Shown in pieces: positions 1 to 12,159 of a DNA stretch of 64,000 nucleotides. How positions within the stretch are numbered: the stretch's first letter is position 1; each line of letters starts with the position of its first letter. Source of the stretch: Blasia pusilla (Eukaryota); NCBI GenBank assembly GCA_050084515.1, contig CM114271.1:30814001-30878000 (forward strand), written 5' to 3'. The translations under genes and the position numbers were made by a program. Under the pieces are notes generated by a model. The model was not told the origin of the DNA. It did no database searches and was given only the letters and a program-made list of their open reading frames with translations.

Positions 1-906
1 ATACCATCTCTTCTGGATAGAGATAAAAGAGAAAGAGATACTACTCCACAGATTGGATACCAACAGTACGAGTTGATCAAGCTTTCCATTGGAGAGAAAC
101 TCTTTTAACAATCTTCCTCCTACTTGACATTCCACAACTTTGAACGACTTTGAGTTACAGTGTGAAGGTTGGTCGGTTGGAAACCAACATAGGAAGATGG
201 ACTGCCGAAACAATCTGGGTCACTGAGACCTATGATTCCGAGTAATCTATGTACAGACAGAGTAAACTTTACATTCGGGCACTCTTCATACTACATGGAG
301 GTTCCAAGGAGCCCTGCTACTGCACACCGGGATCTTACATATCAGTGCTCTATCTGATAATTGGAGTGTTGGTGCAGATAGTTGGTGGCCAGAAGGCACT
401 TCGATCTAACACATTCCTACAAATGTATGCCTCCCCTAGCAACTCTATTGCCCAGATCAGCATTCACTGGGGAAGTGGAACCAATAACATGGTCACGACG
501 GATAGATGACTTAGTCGAGCAAGACTCCCGACAAAATCCTACTGACGGAAGCCGTGGAACGGATTTCGAGTCGTGTCAACTCACAATTGTCGACGATCAG
601 TGCTTTGAGGCTTTCTGGAAAGAAGACATCACAATGGGCGTTCTTGTTAAAAGAGGGTTCTGCACCACCGCCTCAACTGACGCCTGCCACGTCAATATGA
701 TGGACCAAGAGGGCAGCGAAACCCACTACACTTGCCACAGATTCTTGTTGTAATCTTCCACACCACGTGGATTTTCTCAGGACCTCAGCCAGCCCTTAGT
801 TGAACCTGCATTGTCGGTCAAAGAGCTCTTCAATTTCTACTCGACTTTCTTTCACAAGCCAAAGAAGCGAGGCACAAAGTTCAAGCGGCCTTCCAAGCGT
901 ATACTC

Positions 907-2187
907 TCACACGAGAATACGCAGAGAAGGCTGGAAGGAATAAAATCCGAGCGGGAACTTGGTCCAGCCATGCCAACTCACATTACGTTTATCTACTTCA
1001 TAATCTGGTAGCCAGCAACAAGTTTTTTTGGAGTTGTCATAATGGAGTACTCTCCAGCCCTTGTCGTTCTCCTCTCGGTAGAATCCAACTTCAAAGACCA
1101 TATCATCATGTCCTACATGACCGCACCTATGGAAACCGGACATGAACTTGGTGCCTAGAGGTTCTTTCATCTCGTCGATGAGAGTTGCCATGTCTTCTAG
1201 CACGACCACCCACATTTCATCCCTACATTCCTGAAGCTTGTAGAATGTATTACAGCCCAAGGGCGACTTGGCCGGTTCTCTAACAACCAGTAACAATTCT
1301 TGCTGGTGCTCCAAGAGCTCCAGAAAAGGCCCAAAATGCCTCGGAACCCAAAATTGACTCCATGTCTGGTTATCTAAGTTGTACTTCAACACCCTGTAAT
1401 GGTTCAACTCTCTACCGTCTCCTCGTACTAGGCAATAGAGATATCCGTTGACACAGAGGCTCCTTCCAGCGTAGGCAGAATCCGAGTTTCCAAGTGGTAG
1501 ACGAGAACCCAGTGCCCAAGAAAACGTTCGAGAATCATAAACTAGTGTGGTCCACAAAGAGCCCTTGTACAAGCCTGCAATGACGAGGTTATACTTTTCC
1601 TCGTGCTGTCGGACGACCATCCCCACAAGCAAATTTCTCCCCGAGATCACATCCTGGTGTAACCTGCCTTTCCTGATCCACGGCGGTGCTGGCATATGAT
1701 TCTCTCGCCCATTTCCTTGTTTCCTCGGCAACCGCAGTTCTCTCCATTTTCTGGTGATGGGATTGCACACAAAGAACTGTCCGAATATGCAAGTATCGAA
1801 TAGAAGAAGTCCGCCAGCCGACGCTACCAGAGACAGAGATTCATACAGAGAGGGAGAGTTTGCCCACACCTCGGCCTGTAGAAAAGCGAGAGAATGTCTC
1901 TGCCAATCGTTACACACCGAGTTGAACACTGTGAAAGACCCATCCCATGTATTGAAGTACACAGGCACACATTTGGAGATGTTTTGAGAAAGAAGGGAGA
2001 ATCCCACGGAAATGATCAGGACGTTCCATCTCTTGCAGACAGTTCGAAAGCGGACGAGGCTCGAGAAAGGAAGCTTTGAGAGCAGTCTGATCACTAGATC
2101 CTCGTGCAGCAACTCCCAAACAGCCGGTGGTTGGATGGTTGTTTGCGAATCCGCCGAAGCATTGCTCGTACTCGCAACAAGAGCCAT
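907..2187 (-). CDS. F-box protein with C-terminal kelch-like/F-box-associated beta-propeller, intronless, 426 aa
   Basis: N-terminal F-box (VWELLHEDLVIRLLSKLPFSSLVRFRTVCKRWN), followed by LVASAGGLL, FVCNPITRKWRELR, VYDSRTFSW, GYLYCL and C-terminal FQPSL, typical of plant F-box/kelch-type proteins. Confidence 0.9.
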   Translation of the reverse strand: MALVASTSNASADSQTTIQPPAVWELLHEDLVIRLLSKLPFSSLVRFRTVCKRWNVLIISVGFSLLSQNISKCVPVYFNTWDGSFTVFNSVCNDWQRHSLAFLQAEVWANSPSLYESLSLVASAGGLLLFDTCIFGQFFVCNPITRKWRELRLPRKQGNGRENHMPAPPWIRKGRLHQDVISGRNLLVGMVVRQHEEKYNLVIAGLYKGSLWTTLVYDSRTFSWALGSRLPLGNSDSAYAGRSLCVNGYLYCLVRGDGRELNHYRVLKYNLDNQTWSQFWVPRHFGPFLELLEHQQELLLVVREPAKSPLGCNTFYKLQECRDEMWVVVLEDMATLIDEMKEPLGTKFMSGFHRCGHVGHDDMVFEVGFYREENDKGWRVLHYDNSKKTCCWLPDYEVDKRNVSWHGWTKFPLGFYSFQPSLRILV

Positions 2188-3367
2188 TTAGGTAGTAGTT
2201 TGGGACAGGCCTCAAGAGCTCCGAAGGAAGAGCGAGAAACTAAAATCGCCGTGACACTGGCTGCACCAAAAAAGGAGGATCTCACACTCCCATTTGTGCA
2301 GTTCGAGGTAATCGCTTGAGTCGGTACGCACGAGCAACGGCAGCACGCTGTCCTGAGTGGGCAAGAGCCGAGCTTTTCTGAGAAGGGGACTCCGAAAATT
2401 GAAGGAAAGTCACGGGGTCTAAAGACTCTGGGAAGTTGTACTTCCATAAAACCAAGAGGTAGAACAGAGTAAGAGCTGATGAGTCCGGCGTTACTGACAG
2501 AGTGGTTGATGGCAAACTCTTGGTGCATAACAGGTTCAGAATAACTGAAGTGGTCGCCCATGAGAACAGATTGAGGATGAATGACTGAATGCCGTCATGG
2601 ACGCCCATCTTGTTTCCACAGCCCATTTGTGCACGACGGCCAATGGATCTCTTGCATTACCACACTTACGTTGCCCGGGAGACGAGAAGCGAGCAAGGCA
2701 GTTGCCTCCATCTCCTGGGTAACTGGGGTTTCCACGAATAACCGTTTCGTAGTATCAGCAAGACTCGTCCCCTCTGCTTCAAGCTATCCCTCAACGTACT
2801 CACACCTAAACTGGACACAGCGTTTAGGTCTCAAATTTTCCTCTCTTCGAAGGCCCGTGCAAAAAAGAAAATCCCACGGAAAATTCGTAGGGAAGAAAAC
2901 AACATTCTGTTCCTTTACAAGCGGCCTTGAAAAAAGTGGGGCATGTAACATTGTAGTCCACAACTGTGCACCTCAACACTCGCGGTCTCCACTAGAGTCG
3001 GAGCACTTGGGAGAAACCGCTACGATAGGCACTACCTGATATGGGTAGTGCCCATCGTAGCCCACTCAATGCATCTACTCCCTTGAAGGCCATCCACCAG
3101 AGTTCAGCAGGTCCGACTCACGACCCATTTGAAGAAATCCTACCTCCTCATCTGCTCTCCCAAGATCTGAAGCGAGGGCAGATAGCAGGACAAGCAGACA
3201 ATAGTTTGCAAGAGAACGGTTCTTGTGTCCGCAAGAGCCCGGGCAGCGCTCTGCACTTTAATGTAAATGGAGCCGCCTGTCATGAGTAGATCCGTTCAAA
3301 GTCGCAAGTAAAGTTACGAGGGAGGAGGATGTGAACGACTCGTTTGTTCCGGTGCACCCGGTTTTGG

Positions 3368-4720
3368 TCACGGGGTGAGATTCAACGAGGGCTGGAAAAG
3401 GCACATTTCGCAGTGATAGCTATTCAGCGGGTCGATGTGCGGAAGCCTAGTCCACGATTTCGTGACAAGATCATAGCACTGGACGTACCTTAGAATCTCC
3501 TCATCGCACACATTTACGAGCACCAAGTAGATCAAATTGCCCCCGCCTACACACAAATCCCAATGCCTAGTCCACCTGGTCACGGCGATTTGCTCGTTGA
3601 TCTCCTCCTCCAATTCCGAGACGACACGCCACAAGGAGCCATCTGCTTCAAGCTCCCAGCAGTGAAATATCAACGAGTGCATCAATCTGAGAAACATTCG
3701 GACACGACCCTGGCGCTCCGCGAGCTCAATGGCAAAAACATTGTCTCCCATTCGATGGCGTGGCATTGGAATGTCACACCAAGCATCCTGCTCTAAGTCG
3801 TACTTGATCACGCTCCACCCCGACACATCATCGCCATCGTCTTCGCGCAATCCGCGAACTACGCAGTACAGGCAATTGTCACAAGAAACAGGGGACCTCC
3901 TGAACCATGCGACCATCGGAGGATCGGCTCCCCAACTCCACGAGTTCGTGCTGCGATCGTAGACCTGGGTTTGAGGGCCCTCTTTGCTCACCATAGTCGA
4001 CACAACGATCTTGTACCTCTGCTGCTCCTTGTAAGTTATCATCCCCACCACGCACTTGGTCATTTTCGCAGTCCAGCTTCTCGATCTCATCGCGTGAAAC
4101 CTAACATGCCCGGTTCCCATCAAATCCAACGTCCCGACGTCCCCAATTTCGGCATCTGCGATGATCTCGAACAGTGGAGGGGGCAAGTTGCGCCAGCTTT
4201 TCGTAACGGGGTTGTACACTATGAGCCCCCCAGTCTCGCGATTGTGAAAGCAGAGCAGGCCACCATCAGATGTGGCCAAATACAGGTTCCTGTGCTTGAA
4301 ATTCAGCGAGTGTTGTGTCCATTTGCCTTTGGTTTGACTGTAGGACGTGAGGGATCCTGCCATACTGCAGAGGAGCTGTGGAGTAGGATCCGGAAGGCAG
4401 AGAGCACGGGAGAGAATGACAGAGTTCCACTGCTTACAGACAAGGCGCATGCCGATTAGGTCATCGGGAGGTAACATAGCGAGGACGGATTCCAAAATGT
4501 CATGGGGGAGTTTTACCCAGAGTTCCAGATCCACGTCGCTACCACTCACGGAGCTGTTCTTGATTGCAAGAGGAGTAGGAGATTGCTCGATCAAAAGAAT
4601 TTTGTGAATATTATCTCCCAGCTCACGAACTCTACATTTGAGCACCCGGCTCCTCTTGCCCATCGACTTCCTGTATCTCCTAATTTTGTCTCTCCAGGAA
4701 ACAAACTGTGCAATTAACAT
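3368..4720 (-). CDS. F-box protein with C-terminal kelch-like/F-box-associated propeller, intronless; tandem paralogue of 907..2187
   Basis: F-box LWVKLPHDILESVLAMLPPDDLIGMRLVCKQWNS; LATSDGGLLCF, VYNPVTKSWRNLPP, VYDRSTNSW, C-terminal LFQPSL. The ORF-track start at 4846 is GTG; the first in-frame ATG is at 4720, and the true start is uncertain. Confidence 0.88.
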   Translation of the reverse strand: MLIAQFVSWRDKIRRYRKSMGKRSRVLKCRVRELGDNIHKILLIEQSPTPLAIKNSSVSGSDVDLELWVKLPHDILESVLAMLPPDDLIGMRLVCKQWNSVILSRALCLPDPTPQLLCSMAGSLTSYSQTKGKWTQHSLNFKHRNLYLATSDGGLLCFHNRETGGLIVYNPVTKSWRNLPPPLFEIIADAEIGDVGTLDLMGTGHVRFHAMRSRSWTAKMTKCVVGMITYKEQQRYKIVVSTMVSKEGPQTQVYDRSTNSWSWGADPPMVAWFRRSPVSCDNCLYCVVRGLREDDGDDVSGWSVIKYDLEQDAWCDIPMPRHRMGDNVFAIELAERQGRVRMFLRLMHSLIFHCWELEADGSLWRVVSELEEEINEQIAVTRWTRHWDLCVGGGNLIYLVLVNVCDEEILRYVQCYDLVTKSWTRLPHIDPLNSYHCEMCLFQPSLNLTP

Positions 4721-4915
4721 TTTGTCACACCAACGATTCTCGATACCCCTGTGCAGTTCTTGGTGATTCACCTGCCCGCAACCGCTCTGATTCTGCCCAG
4801 CCGGCTTCGAGATCTCCGGTCCGGCCCGAGAACGATTCCGCTTCACCAGCCCACGCGGACCGTCATCGACAATTACTGCAAACCCGCGAGTCTCTGTTAC
4901 TCATATTCCAATTCG

Positions 4916-4918
<3 letters not shown>

Positions 4919-4965
<47 letters not shown>
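4919..4965. repeat. Compound (CT)n(CA)n microsatellite upstream of the second F-box gene
   Basis: Directly visible dinucleotide run. Confidence 0.95.
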
Positions 4966-7900
4966 CCACAAAATGCAAGAGTCACTCCTACTCCAATTCG
5001 CCACCCTTTCGAATTCTCTCTCTGTCTACCACACTCACACAAACACACAGAATGCCACGAGCAATGACAATCCGTTAGCTCTCACTTCCCAGAAGAAGGC
5101 GATCTTTTTTTCCCTCTCCACCGCTCGAGAGGTTTGCTCCTCGGGAAGAATTCCGAAATTCCTATTTTTGCGATCCAGAAATGTCGCTCTCTTCCATAAA
5201 TCGGACCCTCATTCATGGGGTAGGCTGATCGATTAATTAGTCATCCGCCTCCGAAAGTTCGACAGTAAAGACGGAAGAAGCAATTATGCCCTACGCGTCT
5301 CCCTGACTGCTCCTACCTCCATCCTGCAGTGCACGTCTTCGCCATAGCCACCAGTGACCAGTCAAGAGCGTTGCAGTACAGCAACAATGGAAAGCGAAAG
5401 AAATTGTTCCTCAATTAAAGAATTGCGAGGAGGCCCAGCCCGGTAGGCCCATCAGAACTAATCTCGTCGGGATTGTCGACGTGACTGGAAATGGGCAGTC
5501 AATTGCTCCCTCTCTTCCGGGGTTTATCCAATTTCTTCTCGTCCGGTCGTCCAGCAATAAACGCATCGACCTTCGTTCCAGTATACTACGCCGTCTTTTC
5601 TAATCTCGAGCGCTATCCAATTCCATTTCTCGACCTTCTCCACCCGCGACCCCCCACGCGTATTCCTCGACTGCCTGCCAAATCCGCGGTTCGATCCTAT
5701 GCTCATGTACGGTACGCGACTCAATCTCGTCTCGATTTATCTGTCGGCGGCACTGCAGTCTCGGCCGCTCGCCCATACCAAGAATATCCACCAACAACTC
5801 CTTTTCTCGCCCTCCAAAGACTGAAACTCATGGAAAGACTCCTCCTCTCCACAGCTTGTACGGTATAGCTCGGACAGATTGGCCCTGCCCGCAACAACAT
5901 GATGCGTATACGGTTCGCAACTTGTGGATGCGGTTGTCTGGAGTGAGCTTTCCAGAATCCAGAGGCGACCGAGCATTCCGACAAGCCTATGCGATAGTTT
6001 ACTAGTGTTGGCCATGGGGCACATCCGTCCACCATGGTAGGAAGCTTGACGGAAACACAGTTCCAAATCTCATCTAGCTGGGCGGCAGAGCGGGACGGAA
6101 GCGATCGAGGCTGTTGGATCCGGGAAACAGGGCCACCAGAGCTCGCGATTCCGCCGGGAATGCGACTATGAAAGTTGTGCGTGCTCCCATAATCCATCTG
6201 TCCCTCGCAGCAGTCAGTCCCGTCCCGAGCGAGACCTTACCATGTAGCTCGTCCGACTACAGTGCAAGCCTCGTCCTGTCTGTACAGTTTCCGCGAACCC
6301 CTACTCCCCCATCTCTTCACTGCGTAGGCTCGAACACCAGACGTACGAGTCTCGATCGGCTACAGCCACTGGTTGAGTCTGTAGTCCGGACTCCGGTTCC
6401 CTTGTTCGCAAGAGACACCGGAATGTACCGAGCTCTGCGGTAAACTGAGTTTGACGAAAGATATTTTCTTCCCAACTTTTTCGATCATCGTACATACATA
6501 TTCGAGTATTACGTGGACCCGCATGCAAATCATTAGTCGAACTGCCCGTCACAGCACAAGACCATAGCCACCCGTGAACTCTCTGTCAGTGATTCCGCAG
6601 CGACCGAGGCGGGCCGACTCCGTAAACATCGATCGGGTTCCTCGTCGCGACCGCAGCGACGTCCTGCCATGTCTGGACAAGGACAACAACAACCATGGAG
6701 CCCCCAAGACCTCGGCGATGCACTGAACCCCCGCGAATGATTGCAATCAACAAACTTGTCTTCAACACGGACTCGTGAGAAGATTAGTTTGGAATAGGCG
6801 TGGACGTACATAGCATAACTCTCCAGCACTCGCGATTGACCGTGAGAGTGTGAGTACCTGAGAAGTGTGAGCCTTTCGAGGTTGAAGGCATCCGAACTTC
6901 CTCTTAGTTGGATCCACGATCCTAGAGTTCTTGAGGCGTGAAAAACGCAGCCATGGCTCCGCATCGCTGTCCCAACAGTCGATATCGATCGCTATTTGCT
7001 CATCGCTCCTCCAGTCGAGCGGAGGAATATCTGGTGCAGCTCAATGAAATCCGATCACGAAGCACCACTCCAGTACCCTTAGCCGAGACAATTGCGAGGT
7101 CCTTTCGCCACCGATCGATCTGTCATGGTTCGACCCGGATCTCGGAATATCGTTCCTCTCCTTGTCTCTTCTCTAGCGCTTTCGGGCTGACGTCGTGCCT
7201 GAAAGCTATGCATCACACTTTTTATGTGGGAAGCACCGTACGACAAAGTCTGCATCCTCTACCTCATATAATGATAGTTTCAGGACCTTTTCATGATTTC
7301 ATCCCTTCCCCTTACTGGTAATCTCTTAGGTAAGTGAGCATCTCTCTTCCGAATGGATATTTGGGAACAGAATTGAAACTGGTTTGAATAACATGTACTC
7401 AGGTCATTCGATTTTCTAATGTTAAAAAATCTAAAAACTCCCCTGTTCCCACCATTTCAATCATGGAAGGAACTGAGTAGGTTCAAGACTCCTCTTTATA
7501 TTCTCATGTTGAAAAAACCCTCATCTTTAAATTTTCTCGCTATAATACTAACTTTCGTTTTAGAGTTTTGGAAAAAATATGTTAACATGGAAACCACTTT
7601 ACACAATATTTTCTCCTGCTCTTACAGAACTTTTGGAACTCATCCACTACACTCGTTTCACAAATCAGTTTTCACTAGATTAGTCAACTTTAGGTTTGTT
7701 TTTTTGTGTCAGCAGTGATTTTTTTTTGTTTTGGACGAGTGACAGCATGAGCTTAGTACAGAAAGGGGACCGGGTTTTATTTTCAAAGAGGGCAGTTTGG
7801 TTGATCAGGGATCTGTTCACTTTATTGTGACATGGGTATGTGTCTTCTTCGAGGGGTTCTCTAATCCAGTTTTATACTCTTCTTATAGAGAGTGTCTTTT

Positions 7901-8456
7901 CTTTTCTGTACTTTTCTTCAATCTGAAAGTGTCTTTCTCCTTTTCTCGAATGTTGAACTTCTCGAAGACTGACTTCCTGTTTTCTTGAATTTTCTAAAAA
8001 TATGTAGTGCATGTTTTCAGTTGAACGTCACAGGAATGCTCGAGACGGAAAGAGATAAGATTCGAGAAGAAATTGATACCCTTCCATTACATAAAGTACG
8101 TGTGTCACAGAAAACCTTATTTTTACATGACCTGCTTGGCACTGGACACTTCGCGGCGACTCGATCAGTCATCGGTGCCGTGCTTGCATTTACGCAGTCC
8201 AAGTTCTAAATATAGTGGACATATATACTAACACAGTCCGTCAGTTACATTCCGCATAGTCTGGACACTTATATATGTACGAGATGTACGTATACAAGAG
8301 TCGTTACGTCCGTTCTTACATCGCAGCAGCCTCCAGCTCGATGTTTATTGAGAGCTTTGATTTCGAGCTCGCCAGGACTGGAATTGAACTCCACTTTGTG
8401 AGGGTCCCTTGTTCTAGGGGCCATGGAACTCGAAGTGTGATGATCCGGTCACTCGA

Positions 8457-10763
8457 CTACAGGACTGCGGAAGCCTGCGGGTTCTCCTCGATGAGTCCGT
8501 TGCCGGGACAGAAGGTGACTTCGTAGTTGGATCCGGTGCCGCAAGTGAAAGTGGAAGTAGGATCGTCGAAGTTGTAGCTGTATGAATCACCGCACGCCCT
8601 CTTGAACACTTTGGTTCCGTCGGTCGGCCCTCGGCCTGCAGTTCCATCGGTGTTGACGCAAGACAAGCCACCACTCGGATGGGAAACCAACTTATTGTTG
8701 CCCACGCAGAAACCCCTGCAGAGCGTACTTACGGAGGTCAATTTCATGTCGAGATGTGGACCTCGTTTCCGAGAAGAGCGAGTGATAGAACTGCCCACAA
8801 AATTTCCTATTGTTTCAGATCTAGACACGAATGATCGAGCATCTTCAACGATCGATGGAGCCGCACTGTTACAAAGTCTGGTTCTTAGATCACAATGTCT
8901 AGAATATATTTGGACGCGGAGTAAGTTAACTTCGCGACACTGGCCCGACGTACCTGATATCATTGATAACACACTTGGGAGCGCCGCATCTGAAGTCCTC
9001 GAGCATTTCTTCGCCGGCTCCGACGCGGTTGATCACACGGATTTGCAATCCAATGGTGTACGCATTCTGATTCCCATTCAACTCAATTAGTAAGTGAACA
9101 AGTCTGTGCTCCCAGCGCTCTGATCTACGAGTTGTAATTCGTCGTCTACAGCTCTGTACTCAAGTCTCCAAGCCTGGGCTCTCAGGCATGCATCATGTAC
9201 AGTTCTGTTCGCACATATCCAATCTCGAGCTTGCATGTATCAAACGGTTCAGTAGCTAGTGCTAGAACTACATGAATAAGCTTGAACCTCGCCAGACGAT
9301 CACGATCTCTAATTTTCTCTTCTAGCTCCGATGCCAACGTTGACATCAACCTCTAAATCGATCCACGCCTAGGAACTTTCAAACGCTTTGACTGATGAGT
9401 TCCGACAGCAGAGGACATCCACTCGTCTTTGATTATGAACGCAAATGTCGAGTAACAAGCATTAATTCAACTTCTAGATTTTTGCAATCATAATGTGCGG
9501 AATTGCATGGATTGGACCGCAGACGGTGATGGAGAGGAAGAACTGACCACATTGCTGAGGTCGTAGAAATCGGTGCCCTGAGCTCCGATGGTGAATTCGG
9601 CCAAGTTGGCCAAGTTCCTGTCTCGGGCTGCGCTAGGGTTGCCAGGAGCGGAGCATTGACCGGACACAGTGGCCCATATGGTTCCGGCAGGCCAGCGGCA
9701 TTGTGCGCCGAAGTCCAAAAACTGCGAGGCACCGGGGTTCAATTTGAACTGACTGATTCTGTTGTTCTCACTCTGCGCACAAGTGTCGACTGAGAACCCG
9801 CAACTGTTCCGGATGTTTATACCACAGCCTGAACATCAAGCGCAAACATATTAGCACTTGAACAGATCTGGGTGAAACTTGATCGAGGAATAGGGGTGTG
9901 CTTTAGCTAAATACCCGAGATTCTATTGACCGATCACGGCGAAGCTCTGCATGTTTAGTTGTTAGGACGAAGTTAAGTTGTTGCGTTGCTACCACCAATC
10001 GTCAGTATCCTGAGGCATTGCATCGTCCGGTTGTCGAACTCGACGATGTCATCTGAATCTCCATCTACAACTCATGTGTACGTGTTCAGGAACTAGTACA
10101 GTAAACTGCGGAGGTCCCAACACTTCAATATGTCTCCTGGCAGAGCTTGGCCGGAGTACTTGGAATCGACGAATCATGAATGAATCGATACCAACTCAAC
10201 CGGATCCCCCGGCAGGTCGACATAAGAATAGATTGATTCTGTATCGTTGGATCGACACATCACCATTTACATCTCCTAGACGAAAGACATTTGACTCAAA
10301 TTCACGTCCGTGAACTCATAAACCGTCGTGTCCAATACACGACTTTGGACTCGAGGAAAGCAGATTCTTGACTAGAGACAAGGAATGGGTCAGTCATGAT
10401 CACGAGCTCAGATTTCCTTCCTTCGGAAAAGTCCCCGAGGTGCACGCTAGACATGTCCATTATAAATTTGCGACGCATACCTTGTAGCAACTCATACAAA
10501 ACTTAGAATAGTTCCCGAGATAACAGTGTTAGGAGCTATGCACAAAACAATGTTCAGTCCGATGAACGATCGATCAATTAATAGGTCAGGAAGGTTGAGG
10601 GTAACTTGCGATACCTTGAAGAGCCTCCAGAAAACGTCGCACATACATACGTTCATAGCTAGCAAAATATACTAATTACTCACTCACCATGGACAGAATC
10701 GATGGCGATCGCGGCGAACATGACGGCCAGCAGGCCCAAAGCAGCGGCTGAATCCCGAGCCAT
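8457..10763 (-). CDS. Thaumatin-like protein (PR-5 family), 4 exons: 10763-10688, 9828-9548, 9066-8954, 8715-8457; 242 aa with signal peptide
   Basis: Exons join in frame at GT-AG sites. Signal peptide [26 protein letters not shown]; thaumatin motifs [49 protein letters not shown]-like TATTTAAG near 10931-10938 on the minus strand. Confidence 0.92.
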
Positions 10764-12159
10764 CTCTGATGACTTCGATTGCGAGCGTCGAAGAATCCAA
10801 CGAGTCCAACGGCTCAGATGGATGGATACCGGAACACTGGATCCACAGCTTAAGATCAAGATCCGCACTGAACCGCGATCTGACTGAAGCTCGAGCGATC
10901 ACTGCTACGTCAACCTCAGGACGCTCGCCTCTTAAATAGTCGCGCCCACCCCCGTCCACCCCTCGATCCAGAGCTACCCACCTAGCGCGAGAGCGAAGAC
11001 CCCATCCAAAAACATGCGCAACATCGAGTCAACATGAACGACAACGCTGTCCAAACATGAGGACTCTGTTCATTCCATGCTTCACCGCCGAGTCATGAAG
11101 GAACACGCTTTCCATCCATAGCTTCATTGTACCTAATCCGTTCCGACAACCTGCGTACGATTTACTTCCATATTCAACTTCCAAATAGGAATTCACACAA
11201 CTTTACGAGACCAAACGACTCATAGCCCACAGAGATTGGAGGATCGCTTTGTGGGCTATGAGTCCTTTGCGCCTTTCGCACAAGCCTCTACCATGCGACT
11301 CAAATATGGGGATAATTGTTTTTTTAGCTGCGACAATTATTTTCCATGCGAAGAGGACCCCTAATATGGCGAAAGTTTTACTTCCCAAAGATAAGCACGC
11401 ACTTGTTGTATTTATTCGTTGGTGGTTTTTTTTTTCCAAACTAATGTCCTAATGTCGATACGAAAAGCTAGTCACCCGCTCAACTTATGACAGTGTGAAC
11501 CTTTAAAGATCCACTTGGAGCTTCCTGGCTGCCAGGCTACTTAGTCTAGTGGGTTTACGACACGTGATGAGGGAGTGGGAATTTGGGAAAGAAACGTTGG
11601 AGGGACATTTCTTTCTAGAGATATCTTGGCTAGTGAGAGCCATTGGACCGGAGTGACGCCCGGTACCTTGCGAAGGACACCGTATTAAAAGCTTCACACG
11701 TGTTGAAAGTGATGCGCTACAAAATTTTCTGTTCTATTTTATTTTATTTTTTCGTAAATATCTCCTCGGTAGATAAGGTCGTTGTATGAATTGTTGGATA
11801 AGGGACGTGTCGGTCATTGTCTGCATTGGTATATCGAAATAGCATCTTTCCTTGAGGACACGAAAGCTTTGAATTTTGATATATAGAGGTTCTTGGGAAA
11901 CAATTTTGCCACTATTTTCTTTTGTTTTATTTGGGACTTGTTTTTTTAAATCGTGCCATGGAAATCCATCTTACTATAATAAAATTTTTCAAAAGAGACC
12001 AACTAAAAATAATAACATTCCAAAAATTTAAGACGAGTCAAAAATCAAAAAACACATGTAAATGCCCAAATATAGAAGGAATAAATCCATAGTTTGCAAA
12101 CGATATGGGCATTTACATGTATCTTTTGATACTTTCCATGTCCACACTTACGATATCCA

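Noticed and set aside
1-900. ORFs 249-509 and 382-753
   Set aside because: No recognisable domain or convincing splice structure; cannot be supported as genes.
8602-9090. 162-aa plus-strand ORF
   Set aside because: Antisense to thaumatin exons 3-4 and the intron between them; no recognisable motif.
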